DNA of 49,267 bases, taken from contig NC_057718.1 of NCBI RefSeq assembly GCF_004010195.1, positions 87,865,012 through 87,914,278 on the forward strand, given 5' to 3'. The translations under genes and the position numbers were made by a program. This stretch comes from Chiloscyllium plagiosum. Taxonomy: Eukaryota. The notes below the pieces were generated by a model that was not told the origin of the DNA, did not search any database, and saw only the letters and a list, made by a program, of their open reading frames with translations. Shown here one piece after another: positions 25,207 through 38,931 of the stretch (positions are counted from its first letter, which is position 1; each line of letters opens with the position of its first letter).

Positions 25207-26119
25207 AAGATTAACAACAGTATGGGTGTTTCTTCAGCACATTGCAGCAGTTCAAAACAAGAGAACAAGCAACAAATGCCAACTTCACTAGTAATTCATT
25301 TAATATTAATTTAATAATAAATCTTTTGAAAAAAAATCAAAAGCATTTATTTGGAATTTTCAGGTTACAAGTAATCAGTAGCTGCTGCGCATAATTCCTT
25401 GCTGGAAAATTGCCAAGTGGACAACCAAACAAACTTTCTTGCCAAAATTACCATTCCTGTTTATGACAAACAAACAGTCAGTGGCGTTACCATAAATTGG
25501 AAGACTTGTATATATCAGTATTGATCTAAAATTGCTCCAGCTTGTGATTTGTAATATATACTGTCTTCAATTAGTTTGGCTTCCAGATTGGTCACTCTTA
25601 GTTATCCACTTTGATGCTATAGTCATGTCTAGAGAAGCTGATATTAGTCTCAAACTATGTTAAGTTGAGAAGGTATTTTTAAACAAACTTACATTTCAAC
25701 AGCATAATTTACACAATGGGGCATTGCAAAGCACCATGAGATTAATTCTGTGCTTTTCAACTGTTGCCACTATTATAATGTAAAGAACATAGCAGCCAGT
25801 TTGTATACAAGTTGGCAGACAGCAATGCATAATGTCTGATAATCTGTTTCAATATGTTGATGCTGATATAAATATTGGCCAGAACACTGGAAAGAGCTGC
25901 AATTCTGAAATAACTTTGCTCCTTTTCCTGGTTCTGCATGGTAATGAAAGTGCTAAGGCCAAACTTCATTTTCTCTTTGGTAAAGAAGTAACCCAGATCC
26001 ACATGGTGACTTCATACTTCCACTGGTCATAAAACTCACTTTCTGAAAATGGGTGAGTAATCACACCCCAAAATTTTAACTTTTGACTCAACCATCCTCT
26101 ACTACCACAATATAGGAAA

Positions 26120-26845
26120 ATATGAGGTCAGGGAAAATAGGGGACCTGGATATCATTTAGATGAAGAAAAACTGCAGAAAGCTACTGCGCGGAGGGAATT
26201 GGGGATCCTCATGCATTCATCATATAAAGTTGGCATCATAGTTCAGCAAATGTTAGGGAAAACTAGTGGAATGTTGCCCTTTATTTCAATGGGAATGGAA
26301 TATAAACATGGGGAAATCTTGCTAAAATTACACAAGGCACTAGTCAGACCATACTTAGAAAACTGAGCAGTTTTGATCCCCTTATCTAAGGAAAAATATA
26401 CACACATTGGAGGTAGTTCATTAAGGTTCACTAGGTTGATTCCGGGTACGAAGAGACCCTGTTATGATGAGAGGTTGAGTAGGTTGAACCTTTACTCGTT
26501 GGAGTAGGCAGCATGAAAGGCAACCTTTGGAAACAAAAAGGATTCTTACCCTTGACAGGGTAAATGGGAAGAAGTTATTTTTTCTTGTGGAAGCCAGTGA
26601 CCAAAGGGCATAATCTCAGGGTAAGGGGTAGCCAGTTTAAAACAGAGGAGAAATTTTCTCAGAAGGTAATGAATCTGAAATTCTTTACTGCAGAGGATTG
26701 TCAAGGCTATTGATTAAGAATAACTAAATCTGTGATAGACAGATTTTTAATCATTAATGGATTCAAAGGGCAGCAGGAAAAGAGGTGAGGATTACCAGAT
26801 CAGCTATGATCTCATTGAATGGCTGAGCAAACTCAGTGGGCCAAA
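26120..26845 (+). mobile_element. Old CR1 3' fragment
   Basis: KLHKALVRPYLE; 3' UTR ATGATCTCATTGAATGG. Confidence 0.7.
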
Positions 26846-28044
26846 CAAAGAGAGCTCATGCATACTCTTTATACCACCAAGAAAATGATGTTTATACAAT
26901 TTGCAGCCTCTTGTATAAGCAGATTAAAGCTCAGTTGATAATGAAAAGAGCAATTCTGTAATTGCTCAGAAACCTAAGTGACTCCAGAGATCGATCAAAA
27001 TATAATGTGGGCTATTTAAACATCATGGATAATACATTTTTTGATCATTTCAAAGAAATTCAATCCTATTTATTGCAATGAACAACTTGGTCGTAGCTTA
27101 GTGATACAGGAATGGTTCATGTTGCAATTTAGCTTGATTTGAAGAATCTAAATGGAACAACCTAGTTTTTGGAAATGTTGACATTGTTTTAAAATGGTAG
27201 TTTACCTGCTAACGAGTTAAAAATACCCATGAACGATGCTTCTTAGCTACAGTAAGGAGCTGGGAAGTCTGTTATGTGAACACCTTCCGGTGCTGCTGCT
27301 TCTTAGATGCAGGAGCATTAACAGGATGTAGCTTTTCCGGTTCCCTTAAATACTTGTGGCCCTAATTCACATCCTTGAACACTTTGTCAAAGCTGAGTTG
27401 TCAGACAACCTTGACTCTGGTACCAATGATAAGGCTAAATATTTGATCAGTGATGTTGTTGGGCAATTGTACTAAAATGACTAGAATTCTTTTACTAGTC
27501 TTTCTGACTGAAGCTAACGTGCACTTTTACATAATGTATTATGCTTGCCAGTTGGCAACAGTATGACATTCCCACAAAGCAACATCCTTATAAACCAATG
27601 CACGTGTAGTCATTTCTGTATATTAATGTTCTGTTCATTATTATAGTCCTTCTGCCAGGGATTACATATTTCTATCTTACCTTGAAAAGGAAGTTCATTC
27701 CTTGAATTTTCTGAAATCCCAGACGTAAATAACAATACCATCAAATCTCTCCACATTGTGTAAGTTTTTAGAGTCTGGAATGCACTCTCAGAAGCAGTGC
27801 TAGAAGCAGATTCAATAATGATTATCAAATAGAAATTGGATATATAGTTGAAAAGGAAAGATTTGCTGACTGTGTTGGTGAAAGATCAGTGTAAATTTCA
27901 CAGAATTTCACCAATTTACTACGTTCTGAGAAGAAAGTCCTCCTCATCTACATCTTTAATCTTTTAGTGATTCATGCATGAGGATCCCCAAATCCCTTTG
28001 TGTTGCAGTCTTTGCCTATTTAAATAACATTCAGCTGTTCTATG

Positions 28045-28838
28045 ATAAGATCCTAGGGAGTGTTGCTGAACAAAGCGACCTTGGAGCGCAGGTTCATAGC
28101 TCCTTGAAAGTGGAGTCGCAGGTAGATAGGATAGTGAAGAAGGTGTTTGGTATGCTTTCCGTTATTAGTCAGAGTATTGAGTATAGGAGTTGGGAGGTCA
28201 TGGTGCGGCTGTACAGGACATTNNNNNNNNNNNNNNNNNNNNNNNNNNNNNNNNNNNNNNNNNNNNNNNNNNNNNNNNNNNNNNNNNNNNNNNNNNNNNN
28301 NNNNNNNNNNNNNNNNNNNNNNNNNNNNNNNNNNNNNNNNNNNNNNNNNNNNNNNNNNNNNNNNNNNNNNNNNNNNNNNNNNNNNNNNNNNNNNNNNNNN
28401 NNNNNNNNNNNNNNNNNNNNNNNNNNNNNNNNNNNNNNNNNNNNNNNNNNNNNNNNNNNNNNNNNNNNNNNNNNNNNNNNNNNNNNNNNNNNNNNNNNNN
28501 NNNNNNNNNNNNNNNNNNNNNNNNNNNNNNNNNNNNNNNNNNNNNNNNNNNNNNNNNNNNNNNNNNNNNNNNNNNNNNNNNNNNNNNNNNNNNNNNNNNN
28601 NNNNNNNNNNNNNNNNNNNNNNNNNNNNNNNNNNNNNNNNNNNNNNNNNNNNNNNNNNNNNNNNNNNNNNNNNNNNNNNNNNNNNNNNNNNNNNNNNNNN
28701 NNNNNNNNNNNNNNNNNNNNNNGGGTTTGGAGGGAAATGGGCTGGGTGCTGGCAGGAGGGACTAGATTGGGTTGGGATATCTGGTCAACATGGTTGGACT
28801 GAAGGGTCTGGTTCCATGCTGTACATCTCTATGACTGT
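28045..28838 (+). mobile_element. CR1/HER1 3' end spanning an assembly gap
   Basis: DLGAQVHSSLKVESQVDRIVKK..RLYRT, 500 N, then tail CCATGCTGTACATCTCTATGACT. Confidence 0.8.
28223..28722. other. Assembly gap (500 N)
   Basis: Run of N. Confidence 1.
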
Positions 28839-28839
28839 A

Positions 28840-30400
28840 AGTGCCAAATTTTTACCCATACATTTAACCTATATCATTCTGTAGTTTGTCTCATGCTACC
28901 ACTTGCCTTCCACCTATTTTGGCAAAACTTGGTAATAGTACATTCATTTCCATCATCTAAGACATTAGTAACAGTGCCCCAGCACTGATCCCTGTGATAC
29001 AATCTGCTTGATTGTATTTCCAAATGCTCTCCTATTGCATTCCTTATAATGGACTCTAGCATTTTTCCAGTGATAGATGTTAAGCTAATTGGCTTTGAGT
29101 TACCTTTTTGTTTGTTTTTCTTGTTTCTCTCTCTTTTGGAAAAGGGTGTTACATTGGCAGTTTTCTAATCCTCTTGGGCTTGTCCAAGGATTCTTGAAAG
29201 ATTACTGTCAGTCTATCCACTATCCTTGTAACTACTTTCTTTAAAATTCTAGGATGCAACCCATCAGGTCCAGAGAATTATTCAGCTTTTAGCCCTTTTA
29301 CTTTTCCTCATAATTTTTCTTTAATTACAGTTATTGTGTTTATTTCTTCCTGCCCCTTCCTACCACAATCTGTGTATCATTACCAAAATAGTTGTCCTGC
29401 AACATTGCTATATCCTTTAGCTTTGTAAGCCTATGTATTCCCCGTCCCAAACCACTCCACCCTGCCCTCAATTATTTAAAGCCCTCAATACAGTTCTAGT
29501 TAATCGATTACCAGGACACTGGTCCCAGCATGTTTCAAGTGAAGTCTATCTAACTGGAACAACTGCCTTCTACCTCAGTACTTGTGCCAGTGCCCCATTC
29601 ATTGAAACACATTCCTCGCACAACTATCTTTAAGCCATGCATTTAACTCCATGATTTTGTTTATGCTGTGCCAACTTGCAAGTGGCACAGATAGTAATCC
29701 TATGACTATTACCCCGGAGATTCTACTTTTTAATTGTTTTGACTTTTTCAGCAAAAACCTCCTTTCAATTCTGTCAGTTTGTGAGGACCAACATCAGCAA
29801 TGACAACTGAATCCCTTACCCTCCCTCTGAGGATGGAGATTCCGGACAGCAACACTGCCTTCAGGACTCTCGCACAGCTGCAGAAAACAATATCTATACC
29901 CTAATTATTCTGTTCCCTACCACTACAGCGTTCACATGTCTTACTCCAACTTAAATGGCTCCCTGTACAATAGTGCTGTGGTCAGTTCACTCATCATACC
30001 TGTAGTCCCTGCTGTTGACCTTGAAAGAACCTTGCAACTGTTGGACAATTGGAGAAATAGAGTGTCCACAAAAGCAGCCCCTTGCATCACATACCTGCCT
30101 CATCTACAATTACACCCTTCTTCCTTGATCACAGACCAAGTTTGCACTTCCTAAAGTAAAAAGTATGACTGCCACATGAATCCAAGTGTCGAGTTAAATT
30201 TTACCCTCCCTGATGTGGCACAAAGTCTGCATTTCAGACTTCAGCTCTTTAGTTGGCGTCCAAAATTGCTCAAGTTGCAAACTCTGGATACAAATGTGTC
30301 ACTGTGGATCACCCTGGTATGCAACAGCTCTCACATGCTGAAGCTGCAGCACACCATCTGACCTGCCATCTTTATCATAACTTAAATAAAATGTTAACTA
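28840..30400 (-). mobile_element. Old, internally deleted CR1 (RT and ORF1 relics)
   Basis: MLESII, SGPDGLHPRIL-like segment, and esterase-region homology to 4130-4470. Confidence 0.6.
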
Positions 30401-30759
30401 CATTACTTGAGAATCTCTGTTGCTTACATTTGAAGAATCCCCACTCTGAATGATTCATCTTTCCTCCCTTTTATTAATACACTAGTCTCAATCCTATGCT
30501 AAAACCCAGTTTTAATAATAAGAAAAAAGAAAGGCTAGAGACATAAACACAAACTAAAGACCTTTCTTTTTTAAAGATAGAAATACTCTCAAATTCTACA
30601 CACCAACCAGCTGGTTTGTTTAGGCAAAAGCAACCAAACACCCTTCTCCTTCCTCTGCTGAGCTCCTTGAAATTTAACTCTAGTACTTTTTTGTGTAAAT
30701 TGCATTCTCAAATGTCAAGTCACACTAAGTTGACTTACTAATTGATGCTTTTAAAACAT

Positions 30760-31280
30760 ACAAAGCCTAGCTGAATCAATTAATCAGGATTCATTTTCAG
30801 CCGGTTCTTAATTAGGCAGCTCCTTCCACACACTCCTTGAAAATAAGCCTGCTCACAGCTCACAATTACACAATTTTAATCTGCAGATTTCACTTCAATA
30901 CCAATTCCAATTACAATCTAAATCAAGCTAAATTAAGTTTGCATAAATAAAGATTTAAATAGTTTCTTACTCAGGAAATGCATGCACTCAGTTCAAGGCT
31001 GAACTAAATTTGCTAGTTCAATTTCTATGCTCCCAAAACAAAGGGCTGAGCTCACTCAGGTATTAAGGATCCGTTTTTGATGGTTCTTAATTAGGCTGGT
31101 CTTTCAGCGCACCCTGAGAAAATAAACTTGTTCAAAGCTCTCAATGATAGAATTTTAACCTGCAGATTTTGCTTTAATGCCAAGTACAAATCGTCATCTA
31201 AATTAAGATCGATTAAGTTTCCACGAATTAAAGATTCAGACACTTTCTTACCCAGCAAATGCACAAACTCAGTCCCAACT
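30760..31280. repeat. Diverged tandem duplication, period about 279 bp
   Basis: Collinear anchors GGTTCTTAATTAGGC (30803, 31082), AATTTTAAyCTGCAGATTT, ATTAAGTTT, TTTCTTACyCAG. Confidence 0.8.
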
Positions 31281-31799
31281 TTATTTCCCTACTTTAGCCC
31301 ACGTCAGCACACCAACAACAGTTTTACATAACTTTTAGGATTTTGACCCAGCAGTAATAAAGTGATGTTGATGTATTTCCAAGTCAAGAATGTGTATAAC
31401 TTGGAGAGAAGTTAGCAGTTGGTGATATTCCCTTCAGCGTGCTCCTCTTGTGTTTCTTTGTGATAGAGGTTAGACATTTGGAAAATGTTGATGTTGAGGT
31501 TTTAATGAGTTGCTGCAGTGCATCTTCGAGATGGTACACACTGCTATTATTGTGCTCCATTGCTGGCAGAAGTGAATATAACGTGTGGATAAGGATCCAA
31601 TGATGTCATGTAGGAGTGTGAAAGAAATTCCATCAGCAATGCTTCTGTCATATCCTCTTTGTACCAGGATGACATTGTCTTCTTGCGTATTGTGCCATTT
31701 CCCCTGTGCCCAATTATTGCCAATTTTAGCAATTGCCAATGGTACTGAGCATCATGCAATCTTCAGTTACCATCCTTACTTTGACATTTTAATGGAGGG

Positions 31800-32400
31800 A
31801 ATCTATAAGACCATTTGAAACAGGTCAGGGGTAGGCCTTCGATCCCTCAGGACTGCTCCATCATTCAATAAGATCGTAGCTGACCCAACAACCTTCACAT
31901 CTACTTTCTTTCCCTTTCCCCATAACCCTTGATTCCCCTAATGACCAAGAATCTATCTCAGCCTTAACTATACACAAGGACACTGCTCCAACAGCACTGT
32001 ATATGGCAAGGAATTCCAAAGATTCTCAACCATCTCAGAGAAGAAATTCCTCCTATCTCAGTCTTAAATTGGTGTCCCTTAATTGTGAGACTATGCCATC
32101 TCATCCTAGATGAGAGGAAACATTATCTCAGTATTTACCCTGTCAAGCCAAGAATCCCATATGTTTCAATGAGATCACCTCTCATTCTGCTAAATTCCAA
32201 TGAGACCAGCCTCTTTAACCTTTGCACATAAGACTATTCCTCCATACCATGGATCATCCTTGCAAACCTTCTATGAACTTTCTCCAATTGAATAATACCT
32301 CTTAAGTAAGGAGACCAAAACCTTTCACAGCATTCCAGATGTAGCCTCATCAGCACATTGTACAGTTTCAGTAAGGCTCCTGTACCCTCATTAATGAAGC
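31800..32400 (-). mobile_element. Old CR1 3' fragment
   Basis: KLYNVLMRLHLECCERFWSPYL..LEKVHRRFARMI (ORF 32234-32461). Confidence 0.78.
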
Positions 32401-32564
32401 AGCTGAAATTGTTCCAGAATATTACACTATCCTGAGGAAATCTGCAGTAATGTGGCCTCAAACAAACAACTTATTTTAGGGTAGGCATGACTCTAGCCAG
32501 TGGAGAGCTTTCTCTCACGATTTCAATTGACTTAAATTTTACTATCGTTTTGTCAAGTGCTGCC

Positions 32565-33800
32565 TTGAAGCCAAATGTTTTTTATAAGTACATTAAGGAC
32601 AAAAGGGTAACTAGAGAGAGAATAGGGCCCCTCAAAGATCAGCAAGGCAACCTTTGTGTGGAGCCACAGGAGATGGGGGAGATACTAAACGAATATTTTG
32701 CATCAGTGTTTACTGTGGAGCAGGACATGGAAGATATAGAAAGTGGGGAAATAGATGGTGACATCTTGAAAAATATCCGTATTACAGAGTAGGAGGTGCT
32801 GGATGTCTTGAAACACACAAAAGTGGATAAATCCCCAGGACCTGATCAGGTGTACCCTAGAGCTCTGTGGGAAGCTAGGGGAATGATTGCTGGGCCCCTT
32901 GCTGAGATATCACAGATGAGGTGTTGGAAGAATGGAACCTGGCTAACGTTGTGTCACTATTTAAGAAAGATGGTAAGGAAAAACCAGGAAACTATAGACC
33001 GCTGAGCCTGACATTGGTGAAGGGCAAGTTGTTGGAAGGAATCCTGAGGGACAGGATTTACGTGTCTTTGGAAAGGCAAGGACTAATTAGCGATAGTCAG
33101 CATGTCTTTGTGTTTGGGAAATCATGTCTCCTGAACTTGATTGAGTTTTTTGAAGGAGTAACAAAGAGGATTGATGAGGGCAGTGTGGTGGACGTAATCT
33201 ATACGGACTTCAGTGAGGCATTCGACAAGGTTCCTCATGGGAGAATGGTTAGTAAGGTTAGATCTTATGGAATACAGGGAGAACTAGCCATTTAGATACA
33301 GAACTGGTTCGATGCTAGAAGACAGTGGGTGGTGGTAGAGGGTTGCATTTCAGACTGGACGCCTGTGACGAATGGTATGCCACAATGATGGGTGCTGGGT
33401 CCTCTACTTTTCGTCGTTTATATAAATTATTTGGATGTGAATGTAAGAGGTATAGATAGTACATTTGCAGATGACACCAAAATTGGAGGTATAGTGGACA
33501 ACAAAGAAGGTTACCTCAGAGTACAACGGGATCTTGATCAGATGGGCCAATGGGCTGAGAAGTAGCAGATGGAGTTTAATTCAGATAAATGCGAGGTGCT
33601 GTATTTTGGAAAAGCAAATCTTAGCAGGACGTATACACTTAATGGTAAGGTCCACAGGAGTGTTGCTGAACAAAGAGACCTTGGTGTGCAGGTTCATAGT
33701 TCCTTGTAAGTAGAGTTGCAGGTAGATAAAATAGTGAAGAAGACATTTGGTATGCTTTCCTTTGTTGGTCAGAGCACTAAATATAGGTGTTGAGAGGTGA
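32565..33800 (+). mobile_element. CR1/HER1 LINE RT fragment
   Basis: ILNEYFASVFT, KSPGPD, PGNYRPLSLT, SCLLNLIEFFE, FADDTKIGG; several stops. Confidence 0.9.
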
Positions 33801-34086
33801 AGAATCATGTGGTGAGTAGGAATATGTCAGGCTGCTGTTTGACTTATCCGTGGAATAGATCTCCTTCTTGAGATACAATTACCAAGATATTAATGAGGAA
33901 GACTTCGCTGGTCAACATTGACCCTGCTTTTTCTCCACTGATACTGCCAGACTTGCTGAGTTTTTCTAGCTATTTCTGTTTTTTTGTCAGAGTTACTTCA
34001 TATTTCTGCAGGACTGGAATCACATGTAGGTCAGACTGGGTAAAGTTGTTTTCCTAAAGGACATTAGTTAACCAGATGGATAACTC

Positions 34087-34120
34087 TTCCTGATGAAGGG
34101 CTTTTGCCCGAAACGTCGAT
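34087..34120 (+). ncRNA. Minimal hammerhead ribozyme motif, best-preserved core, in a Penelope-derived insert (about 34085-34215)
   Basis: CTGATGA (34090-96), A, GGGC-TTTT-GCCC, GAAACGTC (34110-17). Predicted GUC cleavage after 34117; stem III is the palindrome ACGT. Confidence 0.72.
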
Positions 34121-35396
34121 TTCGAAGCTCCTCGGATGCTGCCTGAACTGCTGTGCTCTTCCAGCATCACTGATCCAGAATCTGGTTTCCAGCATCTGCA
34201 GTCATTGTTTTTACCACCTTTATTACTTGTCCCTAGTTAATCTTGAGAAAGATGGAATTAATGTAGTTGAGTGGTTTCAGAGGTCAGTTTAGTATGTGTG
34301 AGAGTAAGGAAAGCAGATTTCCTTCATTATAGGATATTACTGAGTTAGACTTCTACAGCAATCTGGGCACTTTACAATACCTGTCTTTTATTTCCAGAAA
34401 TGTTGAGACATGGTTTGCTATTGTTCTACCAGGGAATTGTTATTGTATGTTGTACAAGTAGTTATGGAGATTATTTTGGATATTCCACTATTTACAGGTT
34501 AAGGAGGAAAACAACATATCACACAGGTATATTTGCACCTTAGGTGATTGAATAAGATCTACTCTTATGTCGTGAATATAGATTAGAGGAAAGGCACTGA
34601 TTTTATCTGAAGTGTTGTTTAGAGACTCCATTTCAATAAGACATGGACTTCTCTTGCATTTTTTAAAAACTTTGACAGGCCTATTATATGATCAGTGAGT
34701 ATGCTTTGAATGTATTACATTCTTCAAGGTAGCCATGTCACTGGCATTCAGTAAACTTCAGTTTATAAATTTGGAGCTTTGATTCTCAAACTGCAGCAAT
34801 GACATAAGCACTGAGCCTTTCATTAGTGATGGAATATATTAATAGCTAATCTCCATTGTAGTTGGTTTTGGTGTGTAGGAGAAGATGAAAAATGCACTAT
34901 TTAACCTTATTTCAGAAATGATCTGATCCAAAAGACATCACCTCTGATAAATTCTCTATCTCCATGGGAGTTTCAGCTTAGATTACGCACTTAAAGTCCC
35001 TGACTCAGAGCTACTATTGAATTGAGGCCGGCAGCTGAAGAGAATTCATCTTTTTTTTATGTGCGGCGAACATCTGAGTTACAATTTTAGTTTGTTTTAT
35101 TACAACAAGGAAAGTAGTATTCTTTTATGGTGTCAATCTAATGCCAAAGTTTAATCCTAATTACATGAGGTTGGTTGTGACGCTCGTCATAAATGTATAT
35201 ACCATAAAATCTAAAACAAACAAATAGGAGTACTGGTTGAAAATATGTGCTCTCTGGCTCAGAATATGAAGTACTACTATCAAGTTCATCTTCTGGCACT
35301 TTGTTCTAAAAATCTATACTGGACACAGTAATATCCTGATCCAAATATTGTTTGGCTCCTTTAAGATGAAAACTTTACAGTGGTTGAAGTTCTTAC

Positions 35397-35463
35397 CCTT
35401 GGTTTGCCTTTTGCTTTTCACTTTTAATTTATTAACATGCCTTTTCGGGAATCTCCAGCTTTG
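35397..35463 (-). CDS. Candidate coding exon of an unidentified host gene (QSWRFPKRHVNKLKVKSKRQTK)
   Basis: caacag acceptor and G|GTAAGA donor; only one frame is open; lies in non-repeat sequence; phase-compatible with candidates at 44916-44955 and 27681-27710. Confidence 0.33.
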
Positions 35464-36869
35464 CTGTTGAAGCACTAATGCAAAGACGGCATCTTATCAT
35501 TTTGTTGACAGGATGCAAGGAGACTGACTCCTAACCAAATAATGTTTTGATTCTGTTATCTCAACACCAACTGCTTCTGGTGCAGCTGGAATTCTGTCCA
35601 ACAATGTCTATGACTAGACTATATTGTTTGTTTTGTCTCACATGCAGAAATGTTTCAATTCCTTCTATATTTTGATTAAACTTATTGCTGTATCTCAGAA
35701 TCAACTTGCAAATAAATGCCCTTATTCACAAGTTTAGAACATCCAAAACCATTTCCAAGTTAGTGGTTGCTTTGTTGAAAGTGCAGCAGCAACAGCCTAC
35801 AAAAAAGCTATGAGATAATGCACAGACATCTGTTAAACTATTATTGGAGGGATACATATTGGTCAGGATACCAGGATGAAGTTCTCTTTGACTTAATGCC
35901 ATGCAAACCTTTATAGATGCTTGAGAGGACAGACCGACTCTTAGTTTAATAAAATCTCCTACAGGACAGCAAGAACAATTTGTATTTTTGTAGCAACTTT
36001 AATGGAGTAAAATGTAACAAAAAGGGGTTTAACACCAAGCCACATAAATGCACAATAGGAAAATGATGAAAACTTTGTCAAAAAATCTATAGGTTTTAAG
36101 GAGAATCTTAAAAGTGGACAAAACTCAGCGTTATGAAGATTGTGAAGATAGGAATGGTGAGACCATGTCAGGATTTGTAACCATGGATGAGAATTCTAAA
36201 GTTAATGTGTTACTGGTTCAGTTGCCAATACATGTTTGTAAGCACACAGGATGACAGGTGAACAAGACCTAGTTAATGTAAGTTGATGTGTAGGCTGTCT
36301 GTATTCTCATTGGACTGTTAGCCTCAATTGTGTTCAAACTCCTACAGTGGGATTAGGCTCACAATGTATAATTCCTAGCAATAATCCCATATGACCAACT
36401 CCAAATATCTTAAACAGCACATCATCCCTTCAAAATCTTGCAGTGCTTGTATTATAGTCACCAATCTTCCAGAATAGGTGGTCTCCCCAATCAGCTAGTC
36501 AAAGCCCACTGATTGCTGGTGTCTTTGTGGTGTGTACCTAAAATAGTCATGAGCTTAAACAATCTTTAAATTAAAGCATTTTAAGTACTGCATTGCTGAA
36601 ATAACAGAGATTTGAAGTACCTGTATGTATATTATTATATTGGGTACAAAAAAAGTTTATGATATGTTAATTATTTCCAAGGGACTTGAATGCAAATAAT
36701 GTTACGCTTCAGATACATAAAGCTCTGGTTGACCTAATCTGGACAGCTGCTGAAAGGGTTGAAGTGTAAAGATAAAAACAGTTGGGCAGCATCATAGAGA
36801 GAAAAACAGAGTTAAATGTTTCAAGTCCATTGACTGCACTGGTGTGCTGCTTTGTTGTGTTAGAGTGAA

Positions 36870-38030
36870 CTGGAGTTTGCTAAAACAGGGAATTAGGTGA
36901 AAGACAAAGAGAGGTGATAAGGTCCTCCTATTCTGTCATTGCTGTTTAATATCCAAGTAATGTCTTGGGGAATTGGGGCACAAGGGGAAAGGGGGACCAG
37001 CAGGGGAGAAGGCTAAGACTGAACAGAAGATAAAAATTGAGGTCTACACACTTACATGGGAGCCAGAGAACGATAGGAGCCAGGAGAAGAGAAGACTTTG
37101 GAAACCGCAACAGTGGGAAAAACAGTAAAATCAGAGGAAATGTTCATGTTGTTGATACTAATATGAATATCTAAGTTGCTTTCAGAATGAAGGTAAATTG
37201 AAGAAATATTTATAAGTTTAAAAACTAAAGACCAATATGAAATTTAAAAATACAAATTAAAAATCATTTAAATAATTTAGTGATGCAGAGTCAGGCCCTG
37301 AGTTGTACTTGCATGATGTGGGAAATGTTAGACCCCATTGTGGTTCATAATGGCCACATCTGTAGAAAGAGTCAAAAAGTGTGGCGCTGGAAAAGCACAG
37401 CAGGTCAGGCAGCATCCAAGGAGTGGGAGAGTCGACATTTCGGGCATAAGCCCTTCATCAGGTATGTAGGTCACACTTTTTGACTCTGATCTCCAGCATT
37501 TGAAGTCCTCACTATCTCTACATCTGTACTAAGTATTGGTTGCTCGAGGAGTTGATGTGCTGGAGTCTGAGCTCCACACACTGCGACACATCAGGGAGGG
37601 TGAGAGTTATCTGGATGCTGTGTTTCAGGCAGTCTGTTGGCTAAGTACTTCAAATTTAGCCAGTGGTCAGGGACAGGAGGGTGTGACGACAGGTGAGGCA
37701 TACAGGGGGATCCTGAATTTAGCATTGGAGAAGACTCAGCTGTTGGCCTTGTCTAACTGATATGAGTTACTTGATCCCTTTATGGATGAGTAAAAGGATT
37801 GCAGGGAGGATGGGCAAATTGGCCACTGCACAGTGGTACAGGATGCCACTCAAGTGGGGGGAGCAAAAAGAAAAGTGGCAGTGATGGTGGATTCTATAAT
37901 TAGGGATATAGATAGCATCCTTTGTAAGCAGGATCGAGAGTCCTGCATGGTGTTTACTGCCTGTGCCAAGGTAGGGAACATTTTGAAATGGCTTGAAAGG
38001 ATATTGGTGTGGAAAAGGGAGAATCTTTAA
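36870..38030 (+). mobile_element. CR1 5' UTR + ORF1 (zinc-finger/coiled-coil and esterase relic)
   Basis: CTCMMWE..HIC, LESELHTLRHIREGESYLD, VMVDSIIRDID (GDS-like block), AKVGNI. Confidence 0.75.
37365..37519 (-). mobile_element. Palindromic Penelope-derived hammerhead insert with 9-bp TSD
   Basis: TSD ACATCTGTA (37356-64, 37520-28); arms GAGTCAAAAAGTGTG/CACACTTTTTGACTC; minus-strand CTGATGAAGGGCTTATGCCCGAAATGTC (37461-37434). Confidence 0.8.
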
Positions 38031-38931
38031 TTCTTTGAGGAGGTGACCAAGCATGTGGATGAAGGTAGAGCAGTGGATGTAGTCTACATGGATTTTAGTA
38101 AGGCATTTGATAAGGTTCCCCATGGTAGGCTTATGCGGAAAGTCAGGAGGCATGGGATAGAGGGGAATTTGGCCAGTTGGATAGAAAACTGGTTAACCGG
38201 TCAAAGTCAGAGAGTGGTGATAGATGGTAAATATTCAGCCTGGAGCCCAGTTACAAGTGGAGTTCCACAGTCATCAGTTCTGGGTCCTCTGCTGTTTGTA
38301 ATTTTTATTAATGACTTGGAAGAGGGAGTCGAAGGGTGGGTCAGTAAATTTGCAGATGATACGAAGATTGGTGGAGTTGTGGATAGTGAGGAGGGCTGTT
38401 GTCGGCTGCAAAGGGACTTAGATATGATGCAGAGCTGGGCTGAGGAGTGGCAGATGGAGTTCAACCCTGCCAAGTGTGAGGTTGTCCATTTTGGAAGGAC
38501 AAATAAGAATGCGGAATACAGGGTTAACGGTAGGGTTCTTAGTGAGGTGGAGAAGCAGAGGGATCTTGGGGTCTATGTAAATAGATCTTTGAAGGTTGCC
38601 ACTCAGGTGGATAGAGTTTGTAAGAAGGCCTATGGAGTATTATCGTTCATTAGCAGAGGGATTGAATTCAAGAGTCATGAAGTGATGTTGCAGCTGTACA
38701 GGACTTTGGTTAGGCCACAGTTGGAATACTGTGTGCAGTTCTGGTCGCCTCACTTTAGAAAAGATGTGGAAGCTTTGGAGAGGGTGCAGAGAAGATTTAC
38801 CAGGATGTTGCCTGGAATGAAGAATAGGTCGTACGAGGATAGGTTGAGAGTGCTAGGCCTTCTCTCATTGGAACGGCGAAGGATGAGGGGTGACTTGATA
38901 GAGGTTTATAAGATGATAAGAGGAATAGATA
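38030..38931 (+). mobile_element. Young 5'-truncated CR1 with uninterrupted RT reading frame
   Basis: About 296 stop-free codons: VDVVYMDFSKAFDKVPH, SGVPQSSVLGP, KFADDTKIGG, running into the gap. Confidence 0.92.

Noticed and set aside
27978..28884. Long ORFs of 190-470 aa here and at 38043-39591
   Set aside because: Their length comes from reading through N runs; only the flanking CR1 segments are real.
36470..36540. Minus-strand acceptor (tattttag) followed by an exon-like stretch
   Set aside because: All three frames stop before any convincing donor.
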